Source: Capsulimonadales bacterium (GTDB taxonomy: Bacteria > Armatimonadota > Armatimonadia > Armatimonadales > Armatimonadaceae). Taken from it: 64,000 nt of DNA. This document shows positions 19,015-30,857 of the stretch, one piece after another. The stretch covers positions 1-64,000 of the forward strand of contig JANRLW010000075.1 of assembly GCA_033762295.1 (NCBI GenBank), in the 5' to 3' direction. Numbering within the stretch: position 1 is the stretch's first letter; the number at the start of each line of letters is the position of its first letter. The notes under the pieces are model-generated. The model saw nothing but the letters and a program-made list of their open reading frames with translations. It searched no databases and had not been told where the DNA came from. Made by a program: the position numbers and the translations under genes.

Positions 19015-20055
19015 TTACCGGGTCGGTGTCGGATTCCGCTCCTGGAACGGGTACTGATGCCAGTAGGGATAGGCGCGAACCGTGGCGCTCGCCTCGTCCA
19101 GACGCGCCACCTGTTCGGGAGTCAGACTCCAGCCGACCGCACCCAGGTTCTGCCGCAACTGCTCCTCATTTCGCGCTCCGATAATGATCGTCGAGACCGT
19201 GGGCCGCCGGGCGAGCCAGTTGAGAGCGATCTGCGGCACCGTTTTGCCGGTCTCCGTCGCGACCTCGTCCAGCGCATCGATCACGCGGTAAAGATATTCG
19301 TCCGGAACCGGCGGACCGGCATCGGCGGTCGGCTTATGCGTCAGGCGACTGCCCTCCGGCGGCGGCTGACCGCGCCGAATCTTTCCGGTCAGGCGGCCCC
19401 AGCCGAGGGGACTCCAGACGACCGTCCCTACCTTCTGATCCTGCGCGAGCGGCATCAACTCCCATTCGAAATCGCGGCCGATCAGGGAGTAGTACGCCTG
19501 ATGCGCCACGTAACGCGACCAACCGTACCGTTCGGACACGGCCAGCGACTTCATCAGGTGCCACCCCGAGAAGTTCGAGCAGCCGATATAGCGGATCTTC
19601 CCGGCGCGGACCAGGTCGTTGAGCGTCTGCAGTGTCTCCTCAACCGGCGTCAGCGCATCGAAGGCGTGCAGCTGATACAGGTCGATATGGTCGGTTCCCA
19701 GACGCGTCAGGCTGTCCTCGACCGCCTTGATCAGGTGATACCGGGAGGAACCGACCTCATTCGGGCCGGAACCCATACGAAACGTGCCTTTCGTCGAGAT
19801 CAGCACCCGGTCACGGCGTCCGCGAATCGCCTGCCCGAGGATCGTTTCCGACTGACCGTTCGAGTAGACATCGGCGGAATCGAACATGGTCAGGCCGGCC
19901 TCCAGGCAGATATCGACCAGACGTGTCGCTTCCGCAACATCACTGCTGCCGAAACCCTTGAAGAACTCGTTCCCGCCGCCAAAGGTTCCGGTGCCGAACG
20001 TCAGGAGCGGCACCTTGAAGCCGGAACCGCCGAGTTGTCTATATTCCACGTGCAT
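19015..20055 (-). CDS. Aldo/keto reductase
   Basis: FDSADVYS, SLTRLGTDHIDLYQLH, GKIRYIGCSN, WSPLGWGRLTGK. Confidence 0.93.
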   Translation of the reverse strand: MHVEYRQLGGSGFKVPLLTFGTGTFGGGNEFFKGFGSSDVAEATRLVDICLEAGLTMFDSADVYSNGQSETILGQAIRGRRDRVLISTKGTFRMGSGPNEVGSSRYHLIKAVEDSLTRLGTDHIDLYQLHAFDALTPVEETLQTLNDLVRAGKIRYIGCSNFSGWHLMKSLAVSERYGWSRYVAHQAYYSLIGRDFEWELMPLAQDQKVGTVVWSPLGWGRLTGKIRRGQPPPEGSRLTHKPTADAGPPVPDEYLYRVIDALDEVATETGKTVPQIALNWLARRPTVSTIIIGARNEEQLRQNLGAVGWSLTPEQVARLDEASATVRAYPYWHQYPFQERNPTPTR

Positions 20056-20076
20056 TTCCTCCGGTACGAATCGAAA

Positions 20077-21096
20077 TCACGAAAGGTCGAACGCTTCGGC
20101 CAGCAGTTCGTAGGAACGGACCCGTTCCGCGTGGCCATGCGTAATCGTCGTTATCATTAGTTCGTCGGCCCGTGTTTCCTCCGCCAGAAAGAGCAGACGT
20201 TCGCGGACGCGGGACGGCGTTCCGAGAAGGAGTCGCCCGCGCCCGGCCAGAACGAGTTCCTCCTCGAAGGGCGAGTAAGGGTAGGCGCGCGCTTCCGCCG
20301 GGGAGGGGATCGGACCGGGCCGACCCTGCCGGAGAAGGAGGAACGCCAGATCGGACGCGGCGGCAAGGCGGTCCGCTTCCTCGTCGGTCTCGGCGCAGAG
20401 GACCGAAACGGCGAGGATGGCGTACGGCGACCCACGATGAACCGACGGTACGAACGTTTCCCGGTAGAGGCGCATCGCCGCCTCGGCGTCCTCCGGGTTG
20501 ATATGCCGGGCGAAAACGAAGCCGAGACCGCGGGCGGCGGCAAGGCGCGCGCCGTAGTCGCTCGAACCCAGCAGCCAGACCGGCGGGAGGGACGGAGCCT
20601 GCGGGACCGCGGAGACGCGCCGATAAGGGTGGTCGTCCGGAAAACCGTCGCCGGCGAAGGCGTACAGGTCGTCCAGTTGCCGGTCCAGGTCCTCGGTGCC
20701 CCCCGATTCATGACGCGCGGGGCGGCGAAGCGCACGAGCGGTGATCGGATCGCTTCCCGGCGCGCGCCCGATCCCCAGGTCGATCCGGCCGGGAAACAGG
20801 TTTTCGAGCGTCAGAAACACCTCGGCGACCTTGAGCGGGGCATGGTTCGGCAGCATAATCCCGCCCGAACCGATCCGCAGACGTTCGGTCTCACGCGCGG
20901 CCTGACCGATCAGGATTTCGGGCGCGGAACTGGCGATACCGGGCATGTTGTGGTGCTCGGCAAACCAGTACCGGGTGTATCCGAGACGGTCGGCGCGACG
21001 CGCCAAATCCAGGGAATGGCACAGGGCGTCCCGCGGAGATATCCCCGAACCCACCGGGACCAGATCGAGAACGGACAGAGGCGGCGTTTTGCTCAT
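20077..21096 (-). CDS. Luciferase-like (LLM) flavin-dependent oxidoreductase
   Basis: [45 protein letters not shown]. Confidence 0.92.
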   Translation of the reverse strand: MSKTPPLSVLDLVPVGSGISPRDALCHSLDLARRADRLGYTRYWFAEHHNMPGIASSAPEILIGQAARETERLRIGSGGIMLPNHAPLKVAEVFLTLENLFPGRIDLGIGRAPGSDPITARALRRPARHESGGTEDLDRQLDDLYAFAGDGFPDDHPYRRVSAVPQAPSLPPVWLLGSSDYGARLAAARGLGFVFARHINPEDAEAAMRLYRETFVPSVHRGSPYAILAVSVLCAETDEEADRLAAASDLAFLLLRQGRPGPIPSPAEARAYPYSPFEEELVLAGRGRLLLGTPSRVRERLLFLAEETRADELMITTITHGHAERVRSYELLAEAFDLS

Positions 21097-21223
21097 GATG
21101 ACGGTTTCCTACCTCCTGTACCCCGTTGGTGTCGATGGGTTCCCGGCAGGAAATCGGTTCCCTGGCGACAAAGTTACCGACGTAACCTGAAAAAGGCGTG
21201 CATGGAACGAGGCGACGGAACGT

Positions 21224-24200
21224 ATGAGGCGGGAACGACGGATCGGGGAACGAATCGGGGCCGTTTTGACACTGGCGGTGTTGACCCTGGCGGTGGCATT
21301 GGCGGCGATGGCCGCGCCGCCGAAAAAGGTGGCCCCGTTACGATTTAACCGGGATATCCGGCCGATTCTCGCTGAGAATTGCTATACCTGCCATGGTATG
21401 GACGCCGACAAGCGGATGGCCGGATTGCGGCTGGACGAACGGGCCGCCGCTCTCGCCCGTAAAGCGATCGTCCCCGGCAAGCCGGAACGCAGTTCGATCA
21501 TCGAACGCATCCAAGTCAGGGACGCCCGGCAGATGCCGCCGGTTCACTCCCGCAAGAGCCTGACCCCACGGCAAAAGACCCTGCTCGCCCGGTGGGTGCG
21601 CGAGGGAGCCGTCTATGAGCCGCACTGGGCGTTCGTTCGCCTGCCCGAGCGGGTACCGGTCCCGAAGGTGGCCAATGCACAGTGGCCACGGAACTATATC
21701 GACTCGTTCGTCCTCGCCCGCCTGGAAAAGGAACGCCTGTTCCCCTCGCCGGAGGCCAGCCGTTCGACCTACCTGCGCCGTGTCACGCTCGACCTGACCG
21801 GACTGCTGCCGACACCGGCGGAGACCGATGCCTTCCTCAACGATACCGCCCCGGACGCCTTCGAGAAGGTCGTCGACCGGCTCCTCGCCAGCCCCCGGTT
21901 CGGCGAGAAGATGGCATCGATCTGGCTTGATGTCGCTCGCTATGCCGACAGTTACGGTTATCAGAGCGACCAACTCAGTCCGACCTGGCCCTATCGTGAC
22001 TGGGTCATCCGGGCGTTCAACGAGAATATGCCGTACCACCGGTTCATCACCGAACAGCTGGCAGGCGACCTGCTGCCGGATGCGAACCGCGAAACTCGTC
22101 TGGCAACGGCGTTCAACCGACTGCACCGCATGACCAACGAAGGGGGGAGCGTCCCGGAGGAGTGGCGGCAGGAGGGGGTCGCCGACCGGGTGCAGACGTT
22201 TGGAATGGCGTTCCTGGGACTGACGGCCGAGTGCGCCCGCTGTCACGATCATAAGTACGACCCGGTGACCCAGCGGGACTTCTATTCGCTGGCCGCGTTC
22301 TTCAACAACATCGACGAGCACGGTCTGTACGATCAGGGCGGGATCGTTCCCACACCCTCGCTGCTCCTGCCGGACGTGGGACAGGCGGCGGCGCTGTCCT
22401 CGGCGAAGGCGGCGGTAATCGCCGCGGAGCGTTCGCTGGCGTCAAAGCGGGCCGAACGGGAGACCGAATTCCGGAAGTGGCAGGAGCGGTCACCCGTCCC
22501 GACCTCGCCCGATGGGGCCGACTGGCCCGATCTGATCGGTCGGTTCGACTTCGAAACGGTCGAGGGGAACAAACTTATCAATCTGGTTCCCGGCGCGACG
22601 AAGCAGGGCGAACGCGCGGAAGGGACGCCGCTGACGCCGGACGAGCGGGGCAATGCGGTCGCCCTCGATGGCGAGAACCATATCCGTTTCCCCGAACTCG
22701 GACGTTTTACCCGGCATACGCCGTTCACCATCGCTTTTCGTATGAAAGATGCCCGGTTGACCGAAGGGGAGGCCGTGGTCTTCCAGGCCTGCAGCGGAAC
22801 GGATACCGGGCCGTACGGATACGATCTGACCGTTCGGGACGGGTATCTGACCGCACGGATCATGCGCCACTGGCCCGGTAACGCCATTGCCGTTCGTACC
22901 CGTCAACCGGTGCCGAAGAACGCCTGGACCCATGTCGCCGTCACTTACAATGGCAGCAGCCGTGCCGCCGGACTGCGGATCTACGTCAATGGCGACGCCG
23001 CGCCGGTGTCCGTCGTTCGTGATCGTCTCTACAAGGGGACCGGCGCGCATACCCTGGTGTTCGGGCAGCGGTTCCGGGATAAAGGTTTCAAGGGAGGCCG
23101 GATCGACGATGTCTCGATCTTCGAGCGAGACCTGTCGGCGTATGAAGTCCTGTTCCTGGCGAAGGAACGTCCCGTCGAGGAGACGCCGGATCGCCGGAGC
23201 GGCAATGAGAAGACCCTGCGCGAGTACTACTTTTCCGCGATCGATCCCGAGACGCGGGCGGCGGCGAAGGCGCTGACCGCCGCGCGGGAACAACAGGTGC
23301 GCGCCGAGGAACCGGCGTTCGAAATCTCCGTGATGGAGGAGATGCCGGGGAAACGTCCGACCTACCGGCTGGCGCGCGGACGATACGACGCGCCGGTGAC
23401 GGAAAAAGATCGCGTCTACCCGCGCACGCCGGCCGGGATTCTGGCCTATCCGAGAAACCTGCGTCGGGATCGGCTCGGACTCGCGCAGTGGCTGACGCAT
23501 CCGGCCCATCCGCTCACGGCGCGGGTGGCCGTCAACCGGTTCTGGGCGATCTGCTTCGGGCGGGGACTGGTGGAGACGCAGGAGGATTTCGGCATTCAGG
23601 GAAAACCGCCGACTCATCCGGAATTGCTGGACTATCTGGCCCGTGACTTCGTCCGCTCCGGATGGAACGTGAAACGACTGCTGAAGCGGATCGTCCTCTC
23701 ACAGACCTACCGGCAGTCCTCGACACAGCGTCCCGACCTGCGGACGCGCGACCCGCAGAACCTCCTGCTGGCCCGGGGACCGAGCCACCGACTGACCGCG
23801 GAGGAGATTCGTGATATCGCCCTCGGCGGAAGCGGACTGCTGTTCGAGCGGATCGGCGGTCCTCCGGTCAGCCCGTATCAGCCCGGCGATCTCTGGCGCG
23901 AGAGCAACTCGATGAGTCCGGCCTACCAGCAGAGCAAGGGGCCGGACCTGTACCGGCGAAGCCTGTACACCGTCCGAAAGCGGACCGCGCCGATGCCGAA
24001 CATGACGGTTTTCGATGCGGTCAGTCGGGAGGTTTGCACGGCGCGTCGCAGCACGACCAATACGCCGCTGCAGGCTCTCGTGCTGCTGAACGACACGCAG
24101 TTCCTGGAGGCGGCGCGCGCCCTGGGGCAGAGGACGCTGAAGGAGGCCGGACCGACGACCCCGCAGCGGGTCACCTTCGCGTTCCGCCTGCTGGCCGTCC

Positions 24201-24409
24201 GTGAACCGACCGCCCGGGAGCTGATGACATTGATCCGTCTGTACGACGATCAGCGGGCGATCTTCGCCGCCGACCCGGAAGCGGCGCGGAAACTGATCGC
24301 GATCGGCGAGAGCCTGCCGGACCCGTCGCTTGCGCCGACCGATCTGGCGGCGGCGACCGTCCTGGCGCAGGCGGTGCTGAACCTGGACGCGGTCGTCTGG
24401 AAGCGTTGA
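21224..24409 (+). CDS. Planctomycete-type cytochrome c / DUF1549 / LamG / DUF1553 protein
   Basis: Signal peptide, [39 protein letters not shown], LamG-like [33 protein letters not shown]. Confidence 0.9.
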   Translation: MRRERRIGERIGAVLTLAVLTLAVALAAMAAPPKKVAPLRFNRDIRPILAENCYTCHGMDADKRMAGLRLDERAAALARKAIVPGKPERSSIIERIQVRDARQMPPVHSRKSLTPRQKTLLARWVREGAVYEPHWAFVRLPERVPVPKVANAQWPRNYIDSFVLARLEKERLFPSPEASRSTYLRRVTLDLTGLLPTPAETDAFLNDTAPDAFEKVVDRLLASPRFGEKMASIWLDVARYADSYGYQSDQLSPTWPYRDWVIRAFNENMPYHRFITEQLAGDLLPDANRETRLATAFNRLHRMTNEGGSVPEEWRQEGVADRVQTFGMAFLGLTAECARCHDHKYDPVTQRDFYSLAAFFNNIDEHGLYDQGGIVPTPSLLLPDVGQAAALSSAKAAVIAAERSLASKRAERETEFRKWQERSPVPTSPDGADWPDLIGRFDFETVEGNKLINLVPGATKQGERAEGTPLTPDERGNAVALDGENHIRFPELGRFTRHTPFTIAFRMKDARLTEGEAVVFQACSGTDTGPYGYDLTVRDGYLTARIMRHWPGNAIAVRTRQPVPKNAWTHVAVTYNGSSRAAGLRIYVNGDAAPVSVVRDRLYKGTGAHTLVFGQRFRDKGFKGGRIDDVSIFERDLSAYEVLFLAKERPVEETPDRRSGNEKTLREYYFSAIDPETRAAAKALTAAREQQVRAEEPAFEISVMEEMPGKRPTYRLARGRYDAPVTEKDRVYPRTPAGILAYPRNLRRDRLGLAQWLTHPAHPLTARVAVNRFWAICFGRGLVETQEDFGIQGKPPTHPELLDYLARDFVRSGWNVKRLLKRIVLSQTYRQSSTQRPDLRTRDPQNLLLARGPSHRLTAEEIRDIALGGSGLLFERIGGPPVSPYQPGDLWRESNSMSPAYQQSKGPDLYRRSLYTVRKRTAPMPNMTVFDAVSREVCTARRSTTNTPLQALVLLNDTQFLEAARALGQRTLKEAGPTTPQRVTFAFRLLAVREPTARELMTLIRLYDDQRAIFAADPEAARKLIAIGESLPDPSLAPTDLAAATVLAQAVLNLDAVVWKR

Positions 24410-24527
24410 CCCGACGGCGTTCGGCCGGGACCGTGTCCGTGTCCGCACACGTGGTCACCGTTCTGAAACCCTTCCTGCCGGATTCGGCAGGAATCGCCGG
24501 GCGAACGAAGAGATTTTTGCCGTAAGG

Positions 24528-24556
24528 TTGACAACGGCGCCTGACGTTGCTATAAT
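24528..24556 (+). promoter_or_regulatory. Consensus sigma70 promoter of the LacI-family gene
   Basis: TTGACA (24528-24533), 17-nt spacer, TATAAT (24551-24556). Confidence 0.85.
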
Positions 24557-24561
24557 CGGAG

Positions 24562-24575
24562 TGTTCACGTGTGCA
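24562..24575. promoter_or_regulatory. Putative LacI-type operator
   Basis: Imperfect palindrome TGTTCACGTGTGCA at the predicted TSS; a related CGCACACGTGGTCA lies at 24444-24457. Confidence 0.5.
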
Positions 24576-24609
24576 TAGGGCGCACGCGTGACGATCAGGG
24601 AAGAAAAGC

Positions 24610-25644
24610 ATGTCGGCGACGATCCTCGAAATAGCACGTCGGTTAAATCTGTCCCATTCGACCGTCTCACGGGTCCTTAACGGCAAACGAAACACAGCGG
24701 TCGCGGATGAGACCCGCAGCCGGGTGCTGAAGGCCGCCCGCGAAATGGGGTACCGTCCCAACCTCGCCGCCCGTAGCATGCGCGACGCCCGCAGTAACCT
24801 GGTCGCTCTCTTTGCCTCGCCGATGATCGGCATCTGGAGCAGCATCGCGCCCGACATCGTGCGCGGGATCACGCCCGTTCTTCAGGAACACCGTCTCGAC
24901 CTCTTTTATGCGTTCGCGGGGGAAGCCAACCCCGACGCCATTCCCGCGATTCCGCCATGGCGTTACGATGCCGCCCTCATCTTCCAGTTTCCCACGACGG
25001 AGACGGTCGAACGGTTGCGTGCCTCCGGACGTCCCGCCGTCACCGTCAACGAACGGGTGGACGGGTTCCCCGGCGTTCTCAGTGACGAGGCCGACGGTAT
25101 CCGGCAGGCGATCAAACACCTGGTCGACCTCGGCCACCGACGGATCGCGTACGCCAACGCTTCCGGAGACTTCCATTTTCCGCATTACAGCGTGCAGGAG
25201 CGGCATGCCGCGTACGTTGCCACGCTGCGGGATTACGGGTTATCGCCCGTCCCCGGACACGAACACCGCCCGCCCGACCGACAGCGGATCGCCGCCGTCC
25301 GGCAGGCGTTCGTCGAGGGACACGCCACGGCGGTCATTACCTACGATCATGTCGTCGCCATGGACGTCGTCGCCGCCGCGGAGGCCCTGCGCCTCCGAAT
25401 ACCGGAGGACCTGAGCCTGATCAGCTTCAATAACGCCTTTCCGCTGGAACGACTCCAGCCGGCGGTGACCGTCGTCGATCCGGACGGGACGGCGCTCGGC
25501 GCGGAAGCCGCCCGTCGCCTGATCGCCCGGATAACGGACCAGGCCGACGAACCGACGACGGTCAAGGAATCGCCGTCCGACGTTCCGACGCGGGTTCGGC
25601 CGCGAATGATCCTTCGGGAATCCACCCGGTCGGTCTCCTCATGA
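24610..25644 (+). CDS. LacI family transcriptional regulator
   Basis: TILEIARRLNLSHSTVSRVLNG...MGYRPNLAARS; HLVDLGHRRIAY; IPEDLSLISF. Confidence 0.93.
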   Translation: MSATILEIARRLNLSHSTVSRVLNGKRNTAVADETRSRVLKAAREMGYRPNLAARSMRDARSNLVALFASPMIGIWSSIAPDIVRGITPVLQEHRLDLFYAFAGEANPDAIPAIPPWRYDAALIFQFPTTETVERLRASGRPAVTVNERVDGFPGVLSDEADGIRQAIKHLVDLGHRRIAYANASGDFHFPHYSVQERHAAYVATLRDYGLSPVPGHEHRPPDRQRIAAVRQAFVEGHATAVITYDHVVAMDVVAAAEALRLRIPEDLSLISFNNAFPLERLQPAVTVVDPDGTALGAEAARRLIARITDQADEPTTVKESPSDVPTRVRPRMILRESTRSVSS

Positions 25645-25725
25645 AACCGACCTGCCGCTCCGGTGACCGCGACACGACCGGACGGATATTGTCATTGTCG
25701 CAAACTCTAACGTAAGGACGTACTT

Positions 25726-26556
25726 ATGAAAAACAGAGCGTTTACCCTGATCGAACTGCTCGTCGTCATCGCCATTATCGCCATTCTTGCCGCTATCCTG
25801 TTTCCTGTCTTCGCCCAGGCCCGTGAGAAAGCCCGATCGACTACCTGTCTTTCCAACATGAAGCAGATGGCGCTCGCCACCATGATGTACACGCAGGACT
25901 ACGATGAAACCTATCCGCGGAACTATCTGCGGGGCGATACCACCCGGCCGGACTGGGCGCAGCTGACCTGGCGCGAACTGCTGGCTCCCTACATCAAGAA
26001 CGGCACCTCGACCCCCGGGTACCTGTCCGCCGGGCAGATCATCGCCGACACCGGGATCTTTACCTGTCCGTCCGCACCGGCGGGCCGGTATACCTACCAT
26101 GCGCACCGGGTTCTGTTCGGCGGGTACGACTGGCGCGACGGCAACCCGATCATGCCGTCGCATACGCTGGCCGAACTGCGGAAGCCGGCGGATTTCGTGA
26201 TGATCACCGAAGTCGGCGTCAACCCGGACTGGGGCGCCACCGGGCAGTCCATGGAGACGTCCTGGTGGTGGCACGGCGGCGAACAGTGGCCGCCCGTCTT
26301 CACCGGAGCGAACTCCGGAGCGAAGTTTGACGCCGATAATAATGTCTTCCCGAACTGGCAGATGCCGCGTTACCGACATACCGGCACCATCAATGCCGCG
26401 TTTGCCGACGGTCATGCCAAGGTGATTCACAAGGGACAGCTCAACTGGTGCACCCAGCTCGGACAGCCCGGTCTCTCCTCGGATGACGCGGCGAATCCGG
26501 GGGGCGATGACTGGATCTTCGGCGCGGGCAATCCCTGTGCAGGTGCGGGGAACTGA
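25726..26556 (+). CDS. Prepilin-type N-terminal cleavage / DUF1559, H-X9-DG domain protein
   Basis: [34 protein letters not shown]...CLSN...YTQDYDE...[14 protein letters not shown]. Confidence 0.92.
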   Translation: MKNRAFTLIELLVVIAIIAILAAILFPVFAQAREKARSTTCLSNMKQMALATMMYTQDYDETYPRNYLRGDTTRPDWAQLTWRELLAPYIKNGTSTPGYLSAGQIIADTGIFTCPSAPAGRYTYHAHRVLFGGYDWRDGNPIMPSHTLAELRKPADFVMITEVGVNPDWGATGQSMETSWWWHGGEQWPPVFTGANSGAKFDADNNVFPNWQMPRYRHTGTINAAFADGHAKVIHKGQLNWCTQLGQPGLSSDDAANPGGDDWIFGAGNPCAGAGN

Positions 26557-26560
26557 TCCC

Positions 26561-26818
26561 GTGACGAATCCCGTGACGCAACGCGTACGAATCCCGGTCT
26601 GTCTGATCCTTTTCTGCCTGACCGTCGGACCGGGGGCGTCGACCGGCTGTTCCTCGCCCGCGCCGGAAACGACCGCGGCCACTCCCCGCGTTCAAGGAAC
26701 CATGCCCCCGCAGGCCGCCGCTGCCGTGCAGCAGTTCCAAAGGGGAGCGGAGATTCAGCAGAAGTCGAATGAGGCCATGAATCGCGCCCGAATGGAAGCG
26801 GAAAAGCAGAAAAAATAG
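26561..26818 (+). CDS. Small putative lipoprotein/secreted protein
   Basis: Hydrophobic stretch then STGC (lipobox-like), low-complexity linker and helical tail; GTG start 4 nt after the previous stop. Confidence 0.55.
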   Translation: MTNPVTQRVRIPVCLILFCLTVGPGASTGCSSPAPETTAATPRVQGTMPPQAAAAVQQFQRGAEIQQKSNEAMNRARMEAEKQKK

Positions 26819-26828
26819 ACGGAGATTA

Positions 26829-26864
26829 CCCCTTCGCCGCTCCGGTCTCCGGGCGGCGAAGGGG
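26829..26864 (+). terminator. GC-rich hairpin after the LacI/H-X9-DG operon
   Basis: CCCCTTCGCCGCTC...GGGCGGCGAAGGGG; no U-tract. Confidence 0.5.
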
Positions 26865-26958
26865 ACCACGGTGTCTCACCGACGGAAACAAAAGGAGGGA
26901 ACGGCACGTCCTAACCGGTACACGGCTTTGCCGATGGGGTGGAAGAGGGAAAACACAA

Positions 26959-27212
26959 ATGGTATTGTTTCTGATCGCCTGTCTGATCTCGGTCTGGCAC
27001 TTTGCTCGTCTGTTGCGGCTCGCGGGCGGCCGGACGCGTATCGCTCACGGCTGGCTGTCTCTTGCGGTCTGGCTGGCCTTCTTCGGTCTGCTGTTTTTGC
27101 CCGAGGTGACGACACAGACCCCGCGCCATCTGGTCGTTTCCGCCCTGATGCTGGCCTTGTCCGCGTTCTCGGTCGCCCGTGCGCATCGTGCGGCGGACCG
27201 CGCCAGACGCGT

Positions 27213-27228
<16 letters not shown>
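26959..27228 (+). CDS. Small membrane protein (about 3 TM)
   Basis: Hydrophobic 89-aa ORF with purine-rich SD; its end overlaps the end of glpK by 16 nt. Confidence 0.55.
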
Positions 27229-28712
<1,484 letters not shown>

Positions 28713-28847
28713 CGTTTGCACTTCCTTACCGATCGCGCTTTTCCCGCGATCCCTCTTCGATTTTCCCAAAGGATCGATGAAAGACCTTCCCGGTCCGCTC
28801 CGCCGCGCAAAATCGTTGTGCTACAATAAGGGCGGATCGGAAGAGAA

Positions 28848-29492
28848 ATGAACGAAATGCAACGAACACTGATATGGATGACCCTTCTCGCTCTGCTGAC
28901 CGCAGGGTGTACGCTTCAGGAAGCGCGGGATACGCCGAGTCCGGCGACCGTGCCTGCCGCCGCTCCCGGCTCGGGGATGGCGGCGCAGACGAACGCGGAC
29001 ACCTCGGTGCCGCAGGCGTCCGCGTCCGGGATGGGCGGGACCGGGCTGGGAATGGAAAGCCGTTCTCCGGCCGGACCGACCTCCACCCAGGGCTCGCCCT
29101 CGGTAGAGTCGTCGCCGGGCGCGTCCCCGTCGGTCGAAGCCGGGACGATGCAGGCGGGTGGGCCGGGCGGGGTGATGCCGCAGGGCGCGCCGGGCGCGAT
29201 GCCCGGTATGGCCATGGCCAGTGCGCCGCTGACCAAAACCCCCGAACTCGATCAAAAGATCGCCGATGCCGAAAAAGGCAAGGATAAGAAGAAGATCGCC
29301 GCCGCCTACGCCGAACGTGGCACGTTCCGGATGAACGATGACGCCGCCGGGGCGCGGGTCAAGTACCGCGCGGCGCTCGAGGATTACCGAAAAGCCCAGG
29401 CCGCCGATCCGGGCAATGCCGAGGCCGCCGGAAACAAGAAGATGATCGAGGATATCTACAAGAGCATGGGACGACCGGTCCCCGGCGAATAA
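28848..29492 (+). CDS. Lipoprotein with low-complexity linker and TPR-like C-terminus
   Basis: LLTAGC lipobox; Pro/Ser/Gly/Met-rich linker; YRAALEDYRKAQAADPGNAEA. Confidence 0.7.
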   Translation: MNEMQRTLIWMTLLALLTAGCTLQEARDTPSPATVPAAAPGSGMAAQTNADTSVPQASASGMGGTGLGMESRSPAGPTSTQGSPSVESSPGASPSVEAGTMQAGGPGGVMPQGAPGAMPGMAMASAPLTKTPELDQKIADAEKGKDKKKIAAAYAERGTFRMNDDAAGARVKYRAALEDYRKAQAADPGNAEAAGNKKMIEDIYKSMGRPVPGE

Positions 29493-29630
29493 TCTCTCCC
29501 GAAAGGGAGCGCCGATGCCTCCGCATCCCGGAGAATTCCCGACCCGAATCGAAAAAACCGCCGTAACGACCGCCTGGACGCATGTGTCCGATAGGCAGTA
29601 AACCGAGGCATATCGGTGACGGAGGACGAC

Positions 29631-29990
29631 ATGGGAATTTTCAACGACACGTATCATCAACAGACTCTGGCGCGCGTCGGGACGGAGGCATCACAGGCGA
29701 AGAGCCAGGTACAGGAACTCGAACGGGAAGTTCTCTATATGTCCCGGCGCGTGGAACGACTCTCCATCGCCTGCCAGGCGCTCTGGGAGATTTTGCGGGA
29801 ACGCGCCACGCTTTCCGAGGATGATATTCAGGGCAAAATGCTGGAGATCGACCTGCGGGACGGAGAACTCGACGGCAAAATGACCCGCCATCCGGTACGA
29901 TGCGCGGCCTGCGGACGGATGAGTAACTCCGCGCGCACCAACTGCCTCTTCTGCGGTTCGGAACTCCCGAAGGAAAATCTGTTCGAGTAA
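29631..29990 (+). CDS. Hypothetical protein, coiled coil + C-terminal zinc ribbon
   Basis: SD GGAGG; EIDLRDGELDGK; CAAC...CLFC. Confidence 0.7.
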   Translation: MGIFNDTYHQQTLARVGTEASQAKSQVQELEREVLYMSRRVERLSIACQALWEILRERATLSEDDIQGKMLEIDLRDGELDGKMTRHPVRCAACGRMSNSARTNCLFCGSELPKENLFE

Positions 29991-30040
29991 CCGGAAGGTG
30001 AACGGCAGGAACCCCGGTGCGGCGGGGCGAAACGGCAGGT

Positions 30041-30841
30041 ATGAATGCTGCCGCTGACTTGCGGGTGATGTCTTTCAACCTGCGTTTCGCCTCGCCCGAT
30101 CCGCCGAACGCCTGGCCGGATCGACTGCCGGTCATGACCGCCCTGCTGCGGCGGGAGATGCCCGACCTGATCGGGACGCAGGAGGGGTATTTCTCTCAGC
30201 TCAGGGACCTCGAAGCCGGACTGCCCGAGTACCGCTGGATCGGGACCGGCCGGGACGGCGGTTCGCGCGGGGAGTTCATGGCGATCTTCTATCGCCCCGA
30301 ACGTTTCGAACCGCAGGAGTTCGACCACTTCTGGCTCTCTGACACGCCCGAGACCGTCGGGTCCGCGACCTGGGGCAATTCCAACCGCCGGATGGTGACC
30401 TGGGTCCGCTTCCGCCTGCGCGGGACCGACACCGAGTTCGTCTTTGCCAATACGCACTTCGATTTCGCCGATCCGTTCCATACGAACGCCGGAAACCTCG
30501 TTCTGTCCCGGCTGCGGGTCTTTCCCCCCGAACTGCCGGTGCTGCTGGTCGGTGACTTCAACGCGGCGGCGGAAGCGCCGGGACTGTATTCCCTGCTGAC
30601 CGGAGAGGAGGCGTTTCGTGACGCCTATCGCGAGGCATCGGTGAGGGAAGGTCCGCAGGGGATCGCGACGGCTCACGGGTATCGATCGCCGCATCCGGGA
30701 AACCGGATCGACTGGATTCTGTTGCGCGGCCCGGTGACCGCCCGTTCCGCAGCCATTCTCACCGACTGCGGGGAGGACGGCCAGTATCCGAGCGACCATT
30801 TCCCGGTGACGGCCCGGCTTGACCTGTCAGCATCGGCGTGA
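30041..30841 (+). CDS. Endonuclease/exonuclease/phosphatase family protein
   Basis: VMSFNLR, PDLIGTQE, NTHFD, VGDFN, IDWI, SDHFPV. Confidence 0.9.
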   Translation: MNAAADLRVMSFNLRFASPDPPNAWPDRLPVMTALLRREMPDLIGTQEGYFSQLRDLEAGLPEYRWIGTGRDGGSRGEFMAIFYRPERFEPQEFDHFWLSDTPETVGSATWGNSNRRMVTWVRFRLRGTDTEFVFANTHFDFADPFHTNAGNLVLSRLRVFPPELPVLLVGDFNAAAEAPGLYSLLTGEEAFRDAYREASVREGPQGIATAHGYRSPHPGNRIDWILLRGPVTARSAAILTDCGEDGQYPSDHFPVTARLDLSASA

Positions 30842-30857
30842 CGGTCGGAAGCGAACG

